Below, piece by piece: positions 37,950 to 50,960 of a stretch of 64,000 nt of DNA; the first letter of the stretch is position 1; each line of letters starts with the position of its first letter. Source of the stretch: Eledone cirrhosa (Eukaryota); the NCBI GenBank assembly GCA_964016885.1, contig OZ024750.1:26412001-26476000 (forward strand), given 5' to 3'. The position numbers and the translations under genes were made by a program. A model generated the notes under the pieces. That model was not told the origin of the DNA. It did no database searches and was given only the letters and a program-made list of their open reading frames with translations.

Positions 37950-40900
37950 CCCCGTGACCAAGAAATACCGGGATGGCGGCCGGCGGGGAATAGCCGTGTA
38001 TCTAGGGGAGAACGACCCCTCTAGTCTTGGTTGACACTCGTTCTAGAAGTGGTAACACGAAATGATTACCCCTTGGCGGATAAGGATAAAACGCGACAAA
38101 ATAAAGTAAATGTCTAATGATAAAATCTCATACCGGATCGGCCGTCACCCGTGTAAAAAAGGGCCGCGTCCCTCAGAGAGGAAACAGACTGGGGTCGAAA
38201 AATCAGCTAATGGTTCAAACCTTCCCATCACTTCGGAGCTGGAGACCTCCCATAACCGGAATACTCCTACTGTTGGCCCTCCATGCTCACCACCAAGAAA
38301 TCCAAAGAAAAAGAGAGAACAATGGTCAAGGGAAGATAATAAAGAAGTCCTTGAGGCTTTCTACACTGCCATGTACTACCCATCAAATACATCGAACACA
38401 GAACAGACATATATCAACTGGAAAAAGAAACATCCCGAAAACAGAGGCTATATTGACAGTAACAAACTAGCCAATATACGAAGAAATATTGTAAGAAAAA
38501 AGTTACTAACTGATATAGAAATTGATCAGATCAAGCTATTAGCACAAAGTCAGCGAAGGGAAAATGAAACATGTGTCAGTGAAAACGAGGTAAACTGTAA
38601 CACTTCGAACCCCAGGGTTGGGGCGGAATCACTGGCAACAGAACAAATTAAAGAAAGGATCGAAAAAGAGGAGGGAGTGCATGCACAGGATAAAACTCCA
38701 AATGAAAATAATGAGATCGTAAATGAAAGAAATGAATGAGAATGAACTTGCCAACTTGAAGGATGAAATTATGATCGAATGGATGAAAATGAAAGAATCT
38801 GACATGGGGCAACGAGACACCCTCCCTAAGATCCAGAACTCCAAGCAGAACCAAAAGATAATACACAAGACTAACATAATTCTCAAAAACATTATCATCA
38901 CAAACAAACTAAACATTACTGATTTAAATCATCTCTATTATGCATCGGCTAAAGTCACCACTCACTTATGTGGAGTGAAGATGATAAAACAAAGGAATTC
39001 CCACAAGAAATCTACTTGGCAAGAGAACATCAATCGCCAAATAAACCTTCTCCGATCTGACATAGAAATTTTAACAAACTATAAAGTAGGTGAACATGTT
39101 AAACAAACTAAACTTAGAAAATTGAAAAAAAAATACAGTATAAAATCAACATGTGACATAGACATGCTGATAGAAATAATCAAGCAAAAAGTGTCGGCCA
39201 AAGCTGCTCGTATAAGGCGCTTTGAAAAACGATCTAGATTCTATAAGGACAATAATATGTTCAAAAACAACCAAAGAAACTTCTACAGAAAAATTGGTAA
39301 GTCAACAATAACTGCTAAATCAATACCACCCAAGGAGGAAGTGCAAGAATTCTGGGAAAAGATCTGGGCCGAAGAAAAGGTTCATAACATACATGCCCCA
39401 TGGATAGACAGACACATGAAAGATACAGCTCACCTTGAGGAACAAACATGGGAAAATATAACAGTTGAACAGTTGCGCTTGGCTCTAAGAAAAACCAGCA
39501 AATGGAAATCCCCAGGAAAAGACAAAATACAAAACTTTTGGATAAATGCCTTCACAGAGTCTCATGAGCTGTTAGCCCAACTTTACAATGAAATAGTTAA
39601 GGAGCCAGAAAAGATACCATCATGGCTAGTTAACGGCATTACATTCCTGCTTCCGAAGAATGATGAGACAAACAATCCCAAAAATTACAGACCGATAACT
39701 TGCTTGACCACAATGTATAAAATTTCAACATCAGTCCTAACTGAATACACATATGACCACCTGATAACAAATGACCTATTTCCCATATGGCTGTAAGGAT
39801 CAGCTTCTGGTTAACAAAATGATACTGGAAGATTGTCATAATAGACACAAAAATCTATCGATTGCTTGGATAGATTATAAAAAAGCATTCGATAGTTTGC
39901 CACACAGTTGGATTGAAAAATGTTTAGAGATTTTCAAAATATCCCCCGTTGTCAGGAGGTTTTTGTCATTCAGTATGAAGACATGGAAAACGACACTCCT
40001 TTTGAATAGTGAAACAAAATCACTGGAAGCTGGAGAAGTTAATATTAATTGTGGAATTTTTCAGGGTGACTCTTTATCACCGCTTTTATTCTGCATCGCA
40101 CTTATACCATTAAGTAAAATGCTCAATGAAACAAAACATGGATATAAAGTCTATGACAAAACCATTAATCACCTGTTCTACATGGATGACCTGAAACTAT
40201 TTGCAAAAAATGATGAACAATTGCAAGGGCTATTATCCACTGTGAAGCAGTTCAGTGATGACATTAAAATGGAGTTTGGACTAGATAAATGCGCCAAAGC
40301 AACGTTCACCAGAGGAAAGCTGCTGAAGAGTTCAGACATTAATCTTGATCGGGGGAACGTGATAAGAGAACTTGATCAAGAAAAAACTTACAAACATCTA
40401 TGTGTTTGTGAAGGAGACGGAATCAAGCACTCGACAATGAGGGAAAGGATGAGGAAGGAATGTTACCGCAGAGTAAAGAGCAATCTTAAGAACGGAATTG
40501 AATGCAAGGAATAGGATCGATGCCATAAACACGCTTGCCATACCAGTAGTAACCTACAGTTACAATGTCATCAACTGGTCAAGCACAGAGATTCGTAGGC
40601 TCAATACAAAAATTCGAAAATTCTTAACCATGCACAGAATGCATCACCCTAAGGCAGATATAGATAGAATATATCTCCCTAGGAAAGAAGGAGGACGTGG
40701 GTTAATCCAGTTAGACATTGCGTTGAAAACTGCAAAAATTGGATTATCTACATATCTAAGGGAATCACATGATTGGATGATCAAACTCGTTTTGAAACAC
40801 GAAAGTATCAAAAGATCATATTCCATTACAAAAGATGCACAAAGATACAGTAATGGACTACAAATTTCAGAAGTCCCATTTACTGCTGAAATGGAAAACA

Positions 40901-41901
40901 CAGAAAAAGCAAAGTAGGTAAAAGTAACTGCAAAGAAAGAACTGCTACAGAAACTGGCTAAGAAATGGCAAGAAAAGCCTCTGTATGGAAAATACCCAGA
41001 GCGAGCTAACAATCCTGATGTTGACAAAACTTTAACCCATCAGTGGTTGGCATCCTCTGGACTGAAATCGGAGACTGAAGGACTGATTATATCGGCACAA
41101 GATCAGTGTCTGCCAACAAAAAATTACCAAGCCAACATAATAAAAAATGGGTGCAGCCCATTATGCCGTGTATGCAAAAAACAACCAGAGACCATTGACC
41201 ATATAATTTCAATGTGCAGTCCTATAGCTCCAACCGAATACCTAAACAGGCATGACAGAGCTGCACAATACATACATTGGATAATGTGTAAGCATTTTGA
41301 CCTGCCCCATCAAAAGAATTGGTGGGAGCATCAACCACCTCCTATACTTGAAAAAGATCACATCTCAATCTTGTGGAACTTTAGCATCCAAACAGACCGA
41401 AAAATAGATGCAAATAGACCTGATATATTAGCAGGCATACCCTCTTTTGAAGGACTTTCAAAAGAGGGTATGCCTGCTAATTGATATGTCTGTTCCAATA
41501 GACAAGAATGTATCTATAAAAACATTTGAAAAATTAAGCAAGAAACTGGAGATAGAAATTGGAAAAATGTGGAAATTGAGAACTAAAACAATACCAGTGG
41601 TTGTAGGCGCTCTGGGAATGATACCTAAGGGGTCTAATGACTACTTATCGCAAATCCCAGGAAACCCGCGTATAGGAGAAATACAAAAGATAGTACTAAT
41701 GGGAACTGCCCATATACTAAGGAAGATTCTGTCAATATAAGTACATCACAAGTCTAAACACTAAAGATGCATGTGTGAATATGTATGTTCTTTCTTGAAC
41801 ATGGCGGACCTTGTTGTCTCTTGAGGTCACTGGTTGTGACTTGGTGATAACTCGTATGAACATAAAGCAAGATAAATGCAACTGTAATAATAATAATAAT
41901 A
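37950..41901 (+). mobile_element. Near-full-length degenerate R4/Dong-like LINE with (TAA)n tail
   Basis: ORF pieces 38110-41740: NYRPITCL, DYKKAFDSLPH, GIFQGDSLSP, YMDDLKLF, CRVC..H...C, RHD, RPDI..D..P, VVGALG. Confidence 0.95.
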
Positions 41902-41902
41902 A

Positions 41903-43663
41903 CTCAGTAACGACAACGCCACCGCCGCCACCACTTCATCCATCATTCCTACCACTATCCCATCACCACCGCCACCACTCCTTCATTGCTACCACCACTA
42001 TTCCCCTGTTAACTTAAGAAAGGGGAAGGTGGCGGTATCACTAGACAAGGGAGAGGCTAGCAAAAGATATAAATAGATTGACTTAGTGACCTGGCCACCA
42101 GCCAAACGTCAACAACTATGGCACTGCTGGCTCCCCTCTTCCTCACCAACAATATAAAAAGCCCCAGCACTACCACCGACATAGCCAACAACAATAACAG
42201 GCAACTTCAGCAAAAAGTATATTATATTATTGTAATGCACTGGGTAATTGCTGGCCTTGTGCCTGGAGTGGAGACAATTATTAATAATTTCATTCTTAAG
42301 CCACACAATGCTCACATTAAGGAACCACTCATGATAATAAAAATTAAAAAAAACAACAAAAAAGAAAACCCCGTGACCAAGAAATACCGGGATGGCGGCC
42401 GGCGGGGAATAGCCGTGTCTCTAGGGGAGAACGACCCCTCTAGTCTTGGTTGACACTCATTCTAGAAGTGGTAACACGAAATGATTACCCCTTGGCGGAT
42501 AAGGATAAAACGCGACAAAATAAAGTAAATGTCTAATGATAAAATCTCATACCGGATCGGCCGTCACCCGGGTAAAAAAGGGCCGCGTCCCCAGAGAGGA
42601 ACCAGACTGGGGTCGAAAAATCAGCTAATGGTTCAAACCGTCTCATCACTTCGGAGCTGGAGACCTCCCATAACCGGAATACTCCTATTGTTGGCCCTCC
42701 ATGCTCACCACCAAGAAATCCAAAGTAAAAGAGAGAAAAATGGTCAAGGGAAGATGATAAAGAAGTCCTTGAGGCTTTCTACACTGCCATGTACTACCCA
42801 TCAAATACATCGAATACAGAACAGACATATATCAACAGGAAAAAGAAACATCCCGAAAACAGAGGCTATATTGACAGTAACAAACTAGCCAATATACGAA
42901 GAAATATTGTAAAAAAAACGTTACTAACTGATATAGAAATTGATCAGATCAAGCTATTAGCACAAAGTCAGCGAAGGGAAAATGAAACATGTGTCAGTGA
43001 AAACGAGGTAAATTGTAACACTTCGAATCCCAGGGTTGGGGCGCAATTACTGGCAACAGTACAAATTAAAGAAAGGATCGAAAAAGTGGAGGGAGTGAAT
43101 GCTCAAGATGAAACTCCAAATTAAAATAATGACATCGTAAATGATAAAGAAATGAATGAGAATGAAGTTGCCAACTTGAAGGATGAAATTATGATCGAAT
43201 GGATGAAAATGAAAGAATCTGACATGGGGCAACGAGACACCCTCCCTAAGATCCAGAACTCCAAACAGAACAAAAGATAATACATAAAACTAACATAATT
43301 CTCAAAAACATTATCATCACAAACAAACTAAACATTACTGATTTAAATCATCTCTATTATGCATCGGCTAAAGTCACCACTCACTTATGTGGAGTGAAGA
43401 TGAAAAAACAAAGGAATTCCCACAAGAAAGCTACTTGGCAAGAGAACATCAATCGCCAAATAAACCTTCTCCGATCTGACATAACAATTTTAACAAACTA
43501 TAAAGTAGGTGAACATGTTAAACAAACTAAACAAACTAAACTTAGAAAATTGAAAAGAAAGTACAGTATAAAATCAACAAGTGACATAGACATGCTGATA
43601 GAAATAATCAAGCAAAAAGTGTCGGCCAAAGCTGCTCGTATAAGGCGCTTTGAAAAACGATCT
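41903..43663 (+). repeat. Tandem duplicate of 37471-39236 (flank plus LINE 5' part), truncated
   Basis: Both start TCAGTAAC.ACAACGCCACCGC and are colinear up to GAAAAACGATCT. Confidence 0.93.
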
Positions 43664-43669
43664 GGAATT

Positions 43670-43764
43670 ACCCCTGAGAAGCTCGGCTATTCATATACCA
43701 GGATAAAAATTTTCATTTAGTCCAGAATTAGCCGTCGAAACGGCTTGAGCTCAGCCGTCGGGGT
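43670..43764 (+). ncRNA. Type-I hammerhead-like motif with full stem III, core variant
   Basis: ACCC-CTGAGAA..CGGCTA/TAGCCG..GAAAC-GGCT-TGAGCTC-AGCC-GTC-GGGGT. Confidence 0.65.
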
Positions 43765-43776
43765 CCTACTCGTTCC

Positions 43777-43815
<39 letters not shown>

Positions 43816-43853
43816 CTGTTGGCTTCTTGCTACAATACTTTCTAGACCTTTCA

Positions 43854-44157
<304 letters not shown>

Positions 44158-44276
44158 GTATATATATATATAATTCAAGAAAGAAGAGTGACATGGTTCG
44201 CTATACAATAAGGGCTTCATTCACATTGCTGACAATTGTTCCTTTGATCTGGTAGGTCTAGAGTTCGCTATCTGCC

Positions 44277-44335
44277 TGATTATGCGCCAATCGACTCCAA
44301 TACTTTGTTTATAACCAGTCGTTTTCATCAGATCA
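44277..44335 (-). ncRNA. Degenerate hammerhead motif (GAAA lost)
   Basis: TGAT-CTGATGA-..CGACT..AGTCG..GCGCA-TA-ATCA; similar to the 45.6-kb motif. Confidence 0.4.
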
Positions 44336-45359
44336 CGCGAAATGAAGAAGATACACAAGGCATGGCTTTTATATATGTGTGGTATTAAACCAGAACAAAA
44401 ATATCAATAATTAAATAAAATAACTAGATAGCAAATAGTTAAAATTATAACATCAATATAAGTAAGAGATAGTGTATAATGAAGAATCTAGCATGTTAAA
44501 CAAACTGATATGATACAGATGTATGGAATTGACATGTGAAAACTGCTATAGGGTACATTAGATATAGTGTTAAGGTGGCGACGAGATAACAGTAACCACA
44601 AAAATGTACTTGGAGACAGGATTTATGAGGTATCTACTATGCTGTAGGTATTCTGGCAATAAACTGGAGATTTACTTATTATTTGACAGATACACATTTT
44701 CGTTTTATTAATTTAGTGAGGATGATAGTTTTTATGTGGTGTTAAATGGAGTTGTAGATTCGTTATTTAAGTGGTATATAATAAAGGTAGGGATTGTTAG
44801 TTCGAATCATGGGACTTTAGTTTTCACAGCATCAATAACAAATTGTGTATACATAAGACAGTAATAACAACAATAATAGAAACAATAAAGGTAATAAAAT
44901 AGTAAAATATGCATGGTAGATATAAGGAACATGATGAATAATATTAGGGATACATTGAGATGTTCATAATAATAATAAGAATAAAAAGAGGAAAGTAAGA
45001 TTTCAAGGAGTGTACAAGTAATAAGATAATGTACTTAGGATTAGGTTCATCTGTTAGAGATTATGAGTGCTAATGAGAGATATAATTGTTTGGTCCGAAG
45101 GAGTGAATAACAGGGAAGATGGGATTGATTTATGGGCTGATAAGATAGTTGTAGACATTACTGACACATCCCACTGGTATAGAATTAAGGAGGCTATAAG
45201 GTGTTTATAGAAGATTATGATCCTGTAGTGGGCTGTGTGAGAAGGCAGATTTCATATGTTAAAAGCTAAGTGATATTGGTTCGAATCACGGTGGCTTAAA
45301 TCTCGCGAATTTTGTAGCAATCCTATGTCTGCAGACATATATATATGTATATATATATA

Positions 45360-45412
<53 letters not shown>

Positions 45413-45418
<6 letters not shown>

Positions 45419-45720
45419 ATCAAAAGATGGTTAAAAGAGTTCCATGTATTTTATTATGCGCATTTCAAAAACAAATATCATCATGCAATAACATTTGTGT
45501 TTTCATCATTAAAACTGCACTATCCATTTGTGGATAGTGCAGTTTTAAATCAACATATGTTGATTTAAAACTGCACTATCCACAAGTGTTTTTAATCTTC
45601 ATATCATGTCTTCCTATTTTATCTGATGAAAACACAAATGTTATTGCATGATGATATTTGTTTTTGAAATGCGCATAATAAAATACATGGAACTCTTTTA
45701 ACCATCTTTTGATCTTATAT
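45413..45720. mobile_element. Fold-back HHR element (arms 45413-45508 / 45624-45720) with nested palindromes in the spacer
   Basis: Near-perfect inverted arms; left end abuts (TA)n. Confidence 0.85.
45615..45685 (+). ncRNA. Type-I hammerhead ribozyme, intact core
   Basis: TATTTTAT-CTGATGA-stem II-GAAA-TGCGCA-TA-ATAAAATA; 8-bp stem I, palindromic stem III. Confidence 0.85.
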
Positions 45721-45808
45721 ATTATGTATACTCCAGTCCTACAAACTGTAGAGTGCTTCTTATCCGATATCTGCATTGCTTTATTGTACTACAATAAAAC
45801 TCACCTCC

Positions 45809-45892
<84 letters not shown>

Positions 45893-46280
45893 GAAATATT
45901 TCTGAGCCGTGAAATACAAGTTAATATAAATTAATATATATGATAAACACTAATACAATCATATAAGTGTTTGTATTGTAAATGACCAAGTTAGCTAGAT
46001 TGAAAAAATACTAATTATATTAATACGATTTCACTGTCTCGATTTAAAATAATAAATCAATAAAAACAAACCCATATTGGTAATAACCGTGGTACTTGGA
46101 CAAATTTAAATTTCAAAATCCAAACCTGTTCCGTAGATAAGTTTAAACTTCAAAATCCAAATAAGTTTCGATAATTGAAAAAGTGAAAAAAAATACCATC
46201 TTCAGTTCTCATCAGCAAGTACCCAGAAAATTGGTATGTTTCACCTCAAAATATTTAAGAAGACTGATCGACGCTCATAG

Positions 46281-46517
46281 TTTCTCAGTGTCTAGCTACC
46301 GCATACTCGTGCTGCTAGAAATAACAGCCGTTTTTATGGGACTAAAATTAGCTCAACAAAAGGAGCCGTAATACTATAAATATAGAGTTATAAACTCAAA
46401 CAGTCTTTTACAATTAAATAGCTCAAAGAAAGAAATATTTCTGTGCCGTGAAATAGTCCCATAAAAACGGCTGTTATTTCTAGCAGCACGAGTATGCGGT
46501 AGCTAGACACTGAGAAA
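46281..46517. repeat. 64-bp inverted repeat (46281-46344 / 46454-46517)
   Basis: TTTCTCAGTGTCTAGC...TATGGGACTA and its reverse complement. Confidence 0.9.
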
Positions 46518-46887
46518 CCATTATAATAAATGTTCGGTAAACCCATACGTACATATATATATGTGTGCATGTATGTATATACATACTACTGTACGTCTGT
46601 ATACATATATGTATGTACGTATACATACTTATATTTAAGTATCAGCCGTACTAAGAGTCTTTCAACGCCGTACGCTTAAACTATTCCTGATAAGAAGTTT
46701 TCACAACCTCTAATCGTATTACCTTTAACGATATCTTGTTATCCTATATATATATATATATATTATATATCTAGGATAACAGTTTTTCGAATATTAATAA
46801 CATTCGATTCGCTTGCAATTATGCAAACAACCCTCAATTTTATAGCCATGACAGTAGAATGAACACTTCATTCTTGCTCCTGTGTTG

Positions 46888-46929
46888 GTAGACAGTAATG
46901 TTTCTGGGTATCACCCTTCATCAGTACAG
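46888..46929 (-). ncRNA. Minimal hammerhead motif upstream of EGF exon (copies 54128-54171; degenerate ~51273-51308 and 52261-52290)
   Basis: CTGTA-CTGATGA-A-GGGT-GAT-ACCC-A-GAAAC-ATTACT-GTC; 54.1-kb copy retains the CTGTA/TGCAG stem I. Confidence 0.75.
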
Positions 46930-47198
46930 CCCACTGTTCTCCTGCAAAACCGTCAGAGCCAGTGAAAAGATATGCTATTTTCAAAAATACACAGTGACTC
47001 ATAGGCCTCATTTGCATATTAGTAGACTGGCTGATATATACCAATATATATACAACAAAGCCTGCAGCTCCATACTCCTTCGCTGTCTCCTCTCCCTCTC
47101 TCTATGTCCCTCTTTCAATCTACTCTCTTACCACCACTATCTCTCTCTCTCTATCTTTCACTCTCTCTCGTGTGTGGTGGGTGTGTGGTGTGTGCGTG

Positions 47199-47238
<40 letters not shown>

Positions 47239-47323
47239 TGTGTATGTGTGTGTGTGTGTGTGTGAGTGCGTGTGTGTGTGTGTAAATATGATGTTTAATA
47301 TAGAAATCTTATATATATTTCAG

Positions 47324-47458
47324 AATGCCGATTAGGAAAGTTTGGTGTTAATTGTACAAGGACATGCCTTTGCATCAACAAAAGAAACTGTGACTACCGA
47401 ACTGGAAGATGTTCTGATGGATGTACTGCAGGTCATACTGGTGACAATTGCCAAGAAG
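47324..47458 (+). CDS. EGF-like exon, phase 1-1
   Basis: TTTCAG/GTATAT, 135 bp, CRLGKFGVNCTRTCLCINKRNCDYRTGRCSDGCTAGHTGDNCQE. Confidence 0.9.
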
Positions 47459-47485
47459 GTATATCATAAACTTGTTACGTATTTA

Positions 47486-47545
<60 letters not shown>

Positions 47546-47549
47546 TCAT

Positions 47550-48172
47550 GTCAATCTAAATTCTTAATTGTAAATTTTTGAAGTTTTAATTTTTGATTCC
47601 TGATTTTTAAATTTTAATTTTTAGTTTTAATTTTCAACTCTCATTCATAATTTCCACTGTGAAACCATAATACCTAGAATTAAGTATATTTTCTCTTAGA
47701 GGTTGATGGTCAATTCTACTGTTCATCCTTAATGTAGGGTAGTATTGAGACCTATTGACACTCACACTCTCCTAACCTCACTAGCTTTCGGCTGACTGCC
47801 ACTGACGGGGTGGATAGCAGTAAGCTATATATTACAGGCCTGAATAGGTCATTGTTTGGTTGAGAGGGGAACTGCCTAGGCGAATTTCGTTAAACTCGTA
47901 GGTAGCTGATGGTCAACTTCCTTCGGACCTGCGCCTGCGCAGACCGGTGGGGTTGAATTGGTACTCACAAGGCAACGGACGAAGAACCCAAGAGCACACA
48001 CTTCGTCCGTTCCCATGTCGATTCAATTTGGATTGCCTCGGAAACATAACCTTATTATGTAACAAGCTGTCTGAAGATGTCCCGGCACTGGCGCACGGAA
48101 TAGTGTGGCCACTGTCGCCATTGAAATATGTATCACAGCATTATTATTACAGGACTTTAACATCTGAAACTA
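47550..48172 (+). mobile_element. HHR-bearing repeat (same family as 25247-25822 and 53067-53690)
   Basis: Colinear homology; 3' end runs into (TATG)n(TA)n. Confidence 0.8.
48066..48139 (+). ncRNA. Type-I hammerhead ribozyme, intact core
   Basis: GCTGT-CTGAAGA-..CGGCACTGG..CCACTGTCG..-GAAA-TATGTA-TC-ACAGC. Confidence 0.8.
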
Positions 48173-48182
48173 AGTATGTATG

Positions 48183-48240
<58 letters not shown>

Positions 48241-48371
48241 GATAAATCTACCAAGAGTTTACGGTAGTGTCCAATCCGTATGAAGAACTCAATGTATTCC
48301 GGATATCATGGAAAGAAGAGATGTAATGAAAATCCAATTTCGGTGAAAGATAAACGGTATACAGAGTCAAG

Positions 48372-48703
48372 ATAAAATATTAAACAAATAATGAACAAAC
48401 AATTCCTTATATTAAACAAAAAAAGTTCACTATTTAACGATCGTTTCTAGGGTATATATGTGTTATAATTGGTATGCATATTTAACAGATCTATGTACAA
48501 AATTATACAAAATTATACAAATTATCAAGATTGAGTTAGGTATGTATATTTAATCTTGATAATTTGTATAATTTTGTATAATTTTGTACATAGATCTGTT
48601 AAATATGCATACCAATTATAACACATATATACCCTAGAAACGATCGTTAAATAGTGAACTTTTTTTGTTTAATATAAGGAATTGTTTGTTCATTATTTGT
48701 TTA

Positions 48704-48712
<9 letters not shown>
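48372..48712. repeat. ~160-bp near-perfect inverted repeat (48372-48533 / 48551-48712)
   Basis: Directly visible; contains GAAACGATCGTT (HHR stem-III-like palindrome); right end in (TA)n. Confidence 0.9.
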
Positions 48713-48734
<22 letters not shown>

Positions 48735-49344
48735 GTGTATATAAATGTAATCTGAGTTTTTTCGCATATTAATAACATTCGATTCGCTTGCAATTATGCA
48801 AGCAAGCCTGAATTTTATAGCCATGTCAGTAGAATGAACACTTCATTCTTGCTCCTGTGTTGGCATGCGAACAGCCGTTTATATGCATCAGGAAAGTTTA
48901 TACTTTCAAACGTTCAATCAACTGACAGGAAGGTATACGGTGCTGATAACAGCTAATAAGCTAGAAACTAGTTCATCGTTCCTCTGTCAGTGTTGAACAA
49001 AATGGCAACGATGGTTGCCGAACACTGTTCGGCTAATAATTCTGGCTGTTTGTTTACAAACAGACCGAGCATTATAATTAAATGTTCGGTAAACCCATAC
49101 GTACATATATATATGTCTGCATGTATGTATATACATATTACTGTACGTCTGTATACATATTTGTATGTACGTATACATACTTATATTTAAGTATCTGTCG
49201 TACTAAGAGTGAGAAATGAAATTTCATTTTTCCATATATATATATATAATAATGGAAAAAGGAAATTTCATTTCTCACTCTTAGAACGGCTGATACTTAA
49301 ATATAAGTATGTATATGTACATACATATATGTATACACACACAT

Positions 49345-49394
<50 letters not shown>

Positions 49395-49398
<4 letters not shown>

Positions 49399-50882
49399 GA
49401 AAACAGGGAGAAAGAGACGATTATGAGGAAGAAAAATATATTTTTTTCCTTTTTGGTTTCTCTCTCTCTTTTTTCTGGGTTAGAAAATGATTAAAACGAA
49501 ATGTTTTACTTTGTGTGAAGTGTTAAGGTATTAGTTGATTTATTTATTATTTAACAATGGCATTTATTTATCTATTTATATATTTAATTATTGTCTATTA
49601 CCGGTTTCTGCATTTATATGCATTATAAAATGATAGTGAAATGTATTAGTTTTGTGTCGCACATGATAAACAGAAGGTGCAGAAAGAATAATGTTCTTTA
49701 CAAACAAGGTTTAAGAAGTGAAAAGAAAAAAGAAAAAAGAAAAAAGAAAAAAGAAAAAAGAAAAAAGAAAAAAGAAAAAAGAAAAAAGAAAAAAGAAAAA
49801 AGAAAAAAGAAAAAAGAAAAAAGAAAAAAGAAAAAAGAAAAAAGAAAAAAGAAAAAAGAAAAAAGAAAAAAGAAAAAAAAACGTGCTTAATGTGGAACGT
49901 AAAAAGTCAATGTGGAAGAAAAAAATAATATTATTTACAAGTAGAGTCATTGAAGTTAAGCGGATCTAAATGTATTAATAAAGCAAGAGTGCTTAATTGA
50001 ACCATGGTTCTGTGATGGAGGCAAATGGTGGACTGGAGTTTGATATGATTTCCCTTTTTAGAGAGTTAATATGCAGGGGGAAGCAATTCATGCTGGGTGA
50101 TATTTAATTCATTTAAGAAAAACTTTAAAATTTTTCCCATTTACAAATTCATAGAAAACGCTACTTTCATCCAACGTACCAATAATGAAACACATTTCAT
50201 TAATAAATTTCAAGCACTACTCAATGCTCTAAAAATCGGACCAATCTAAAACTGCAACAAACCATCAAACATTTACAAGAATTACCTCCCTCACACCCTA
50301 CCTAATCCTTTTTCTTAAATAAATTAAATATCACCCAGCAAGAATTGCTTCCCCCTGCTTATTAACTCTCTAAAAAGGGAAATCATATCAAACTCCAGTC
50401 CACCATTTGCCTCCATCACGGAATTATGGTTCAATTAAGCACTCTTGCTTTATTAATACATTTAGATCCGCTTAACTTCAATGACTGTGCTTGTAAATAA
50501 CATTATTTTTTCTTCCACATTGACTTTTTACGTTCCACATTATGCACGTTATTTTACCTTTTTCTTTTTTCTTTTCACTTCTTAAACCTTGTTTGTAAAT
50601 AACATTATTCTTTCTGCACCTTCTGTTTATCATGTGCGACACAACACTAATACATTTCACTATCATTTTATAATGCATATAAATGCAGAACCCGGTAATA
50701 GACAATAATTAAATATATAAATAGATAAATAAATGCCATTGTTAAATAATAAATAAATCAACTAATACCTTAACACTTCACACAAAGTAAAACATTTCGT
50801 TTTAATCATTTTCTAACCCAGAAAAAAAAGAAAAAAGGAAAAAAAATATTTTTCTTCCTCATAATCGTCTCTTTCTCCCTGT

Positions 50883-50890
<8 letters not shown>
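49395..50890. repeat. Large fold-back element (arms 49395-50122 / 50309-50890) between two (TA)n tracts; (GAAAAAA)n expansion in the left arm only
   Basis: Inverted arms; decayed HHR CTAT..TGCAT/ATGCA-GAAACCGGTA-ATAG at 49595-49636 (-). Confidence 0.9.
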
Positions 50891-50922
<32 letters not shown>

Positions 50923-50960
50923 TAACTCCTGTGCTTCCTCTCCACATTTTATTATATATA

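Noticed and set aside
47342-47581. ORFs MVLIVQGHAF... (also 52842, 54822)
   Set aside because: Wrong frame of the EGF exons; the Cys-rich spliced frame is the supported one
49591-49969. Lys/Arg/Glu-rich ORFs
   Set aside because: (GAAAAAA)n expansion present in only one arm of an inverted repeat
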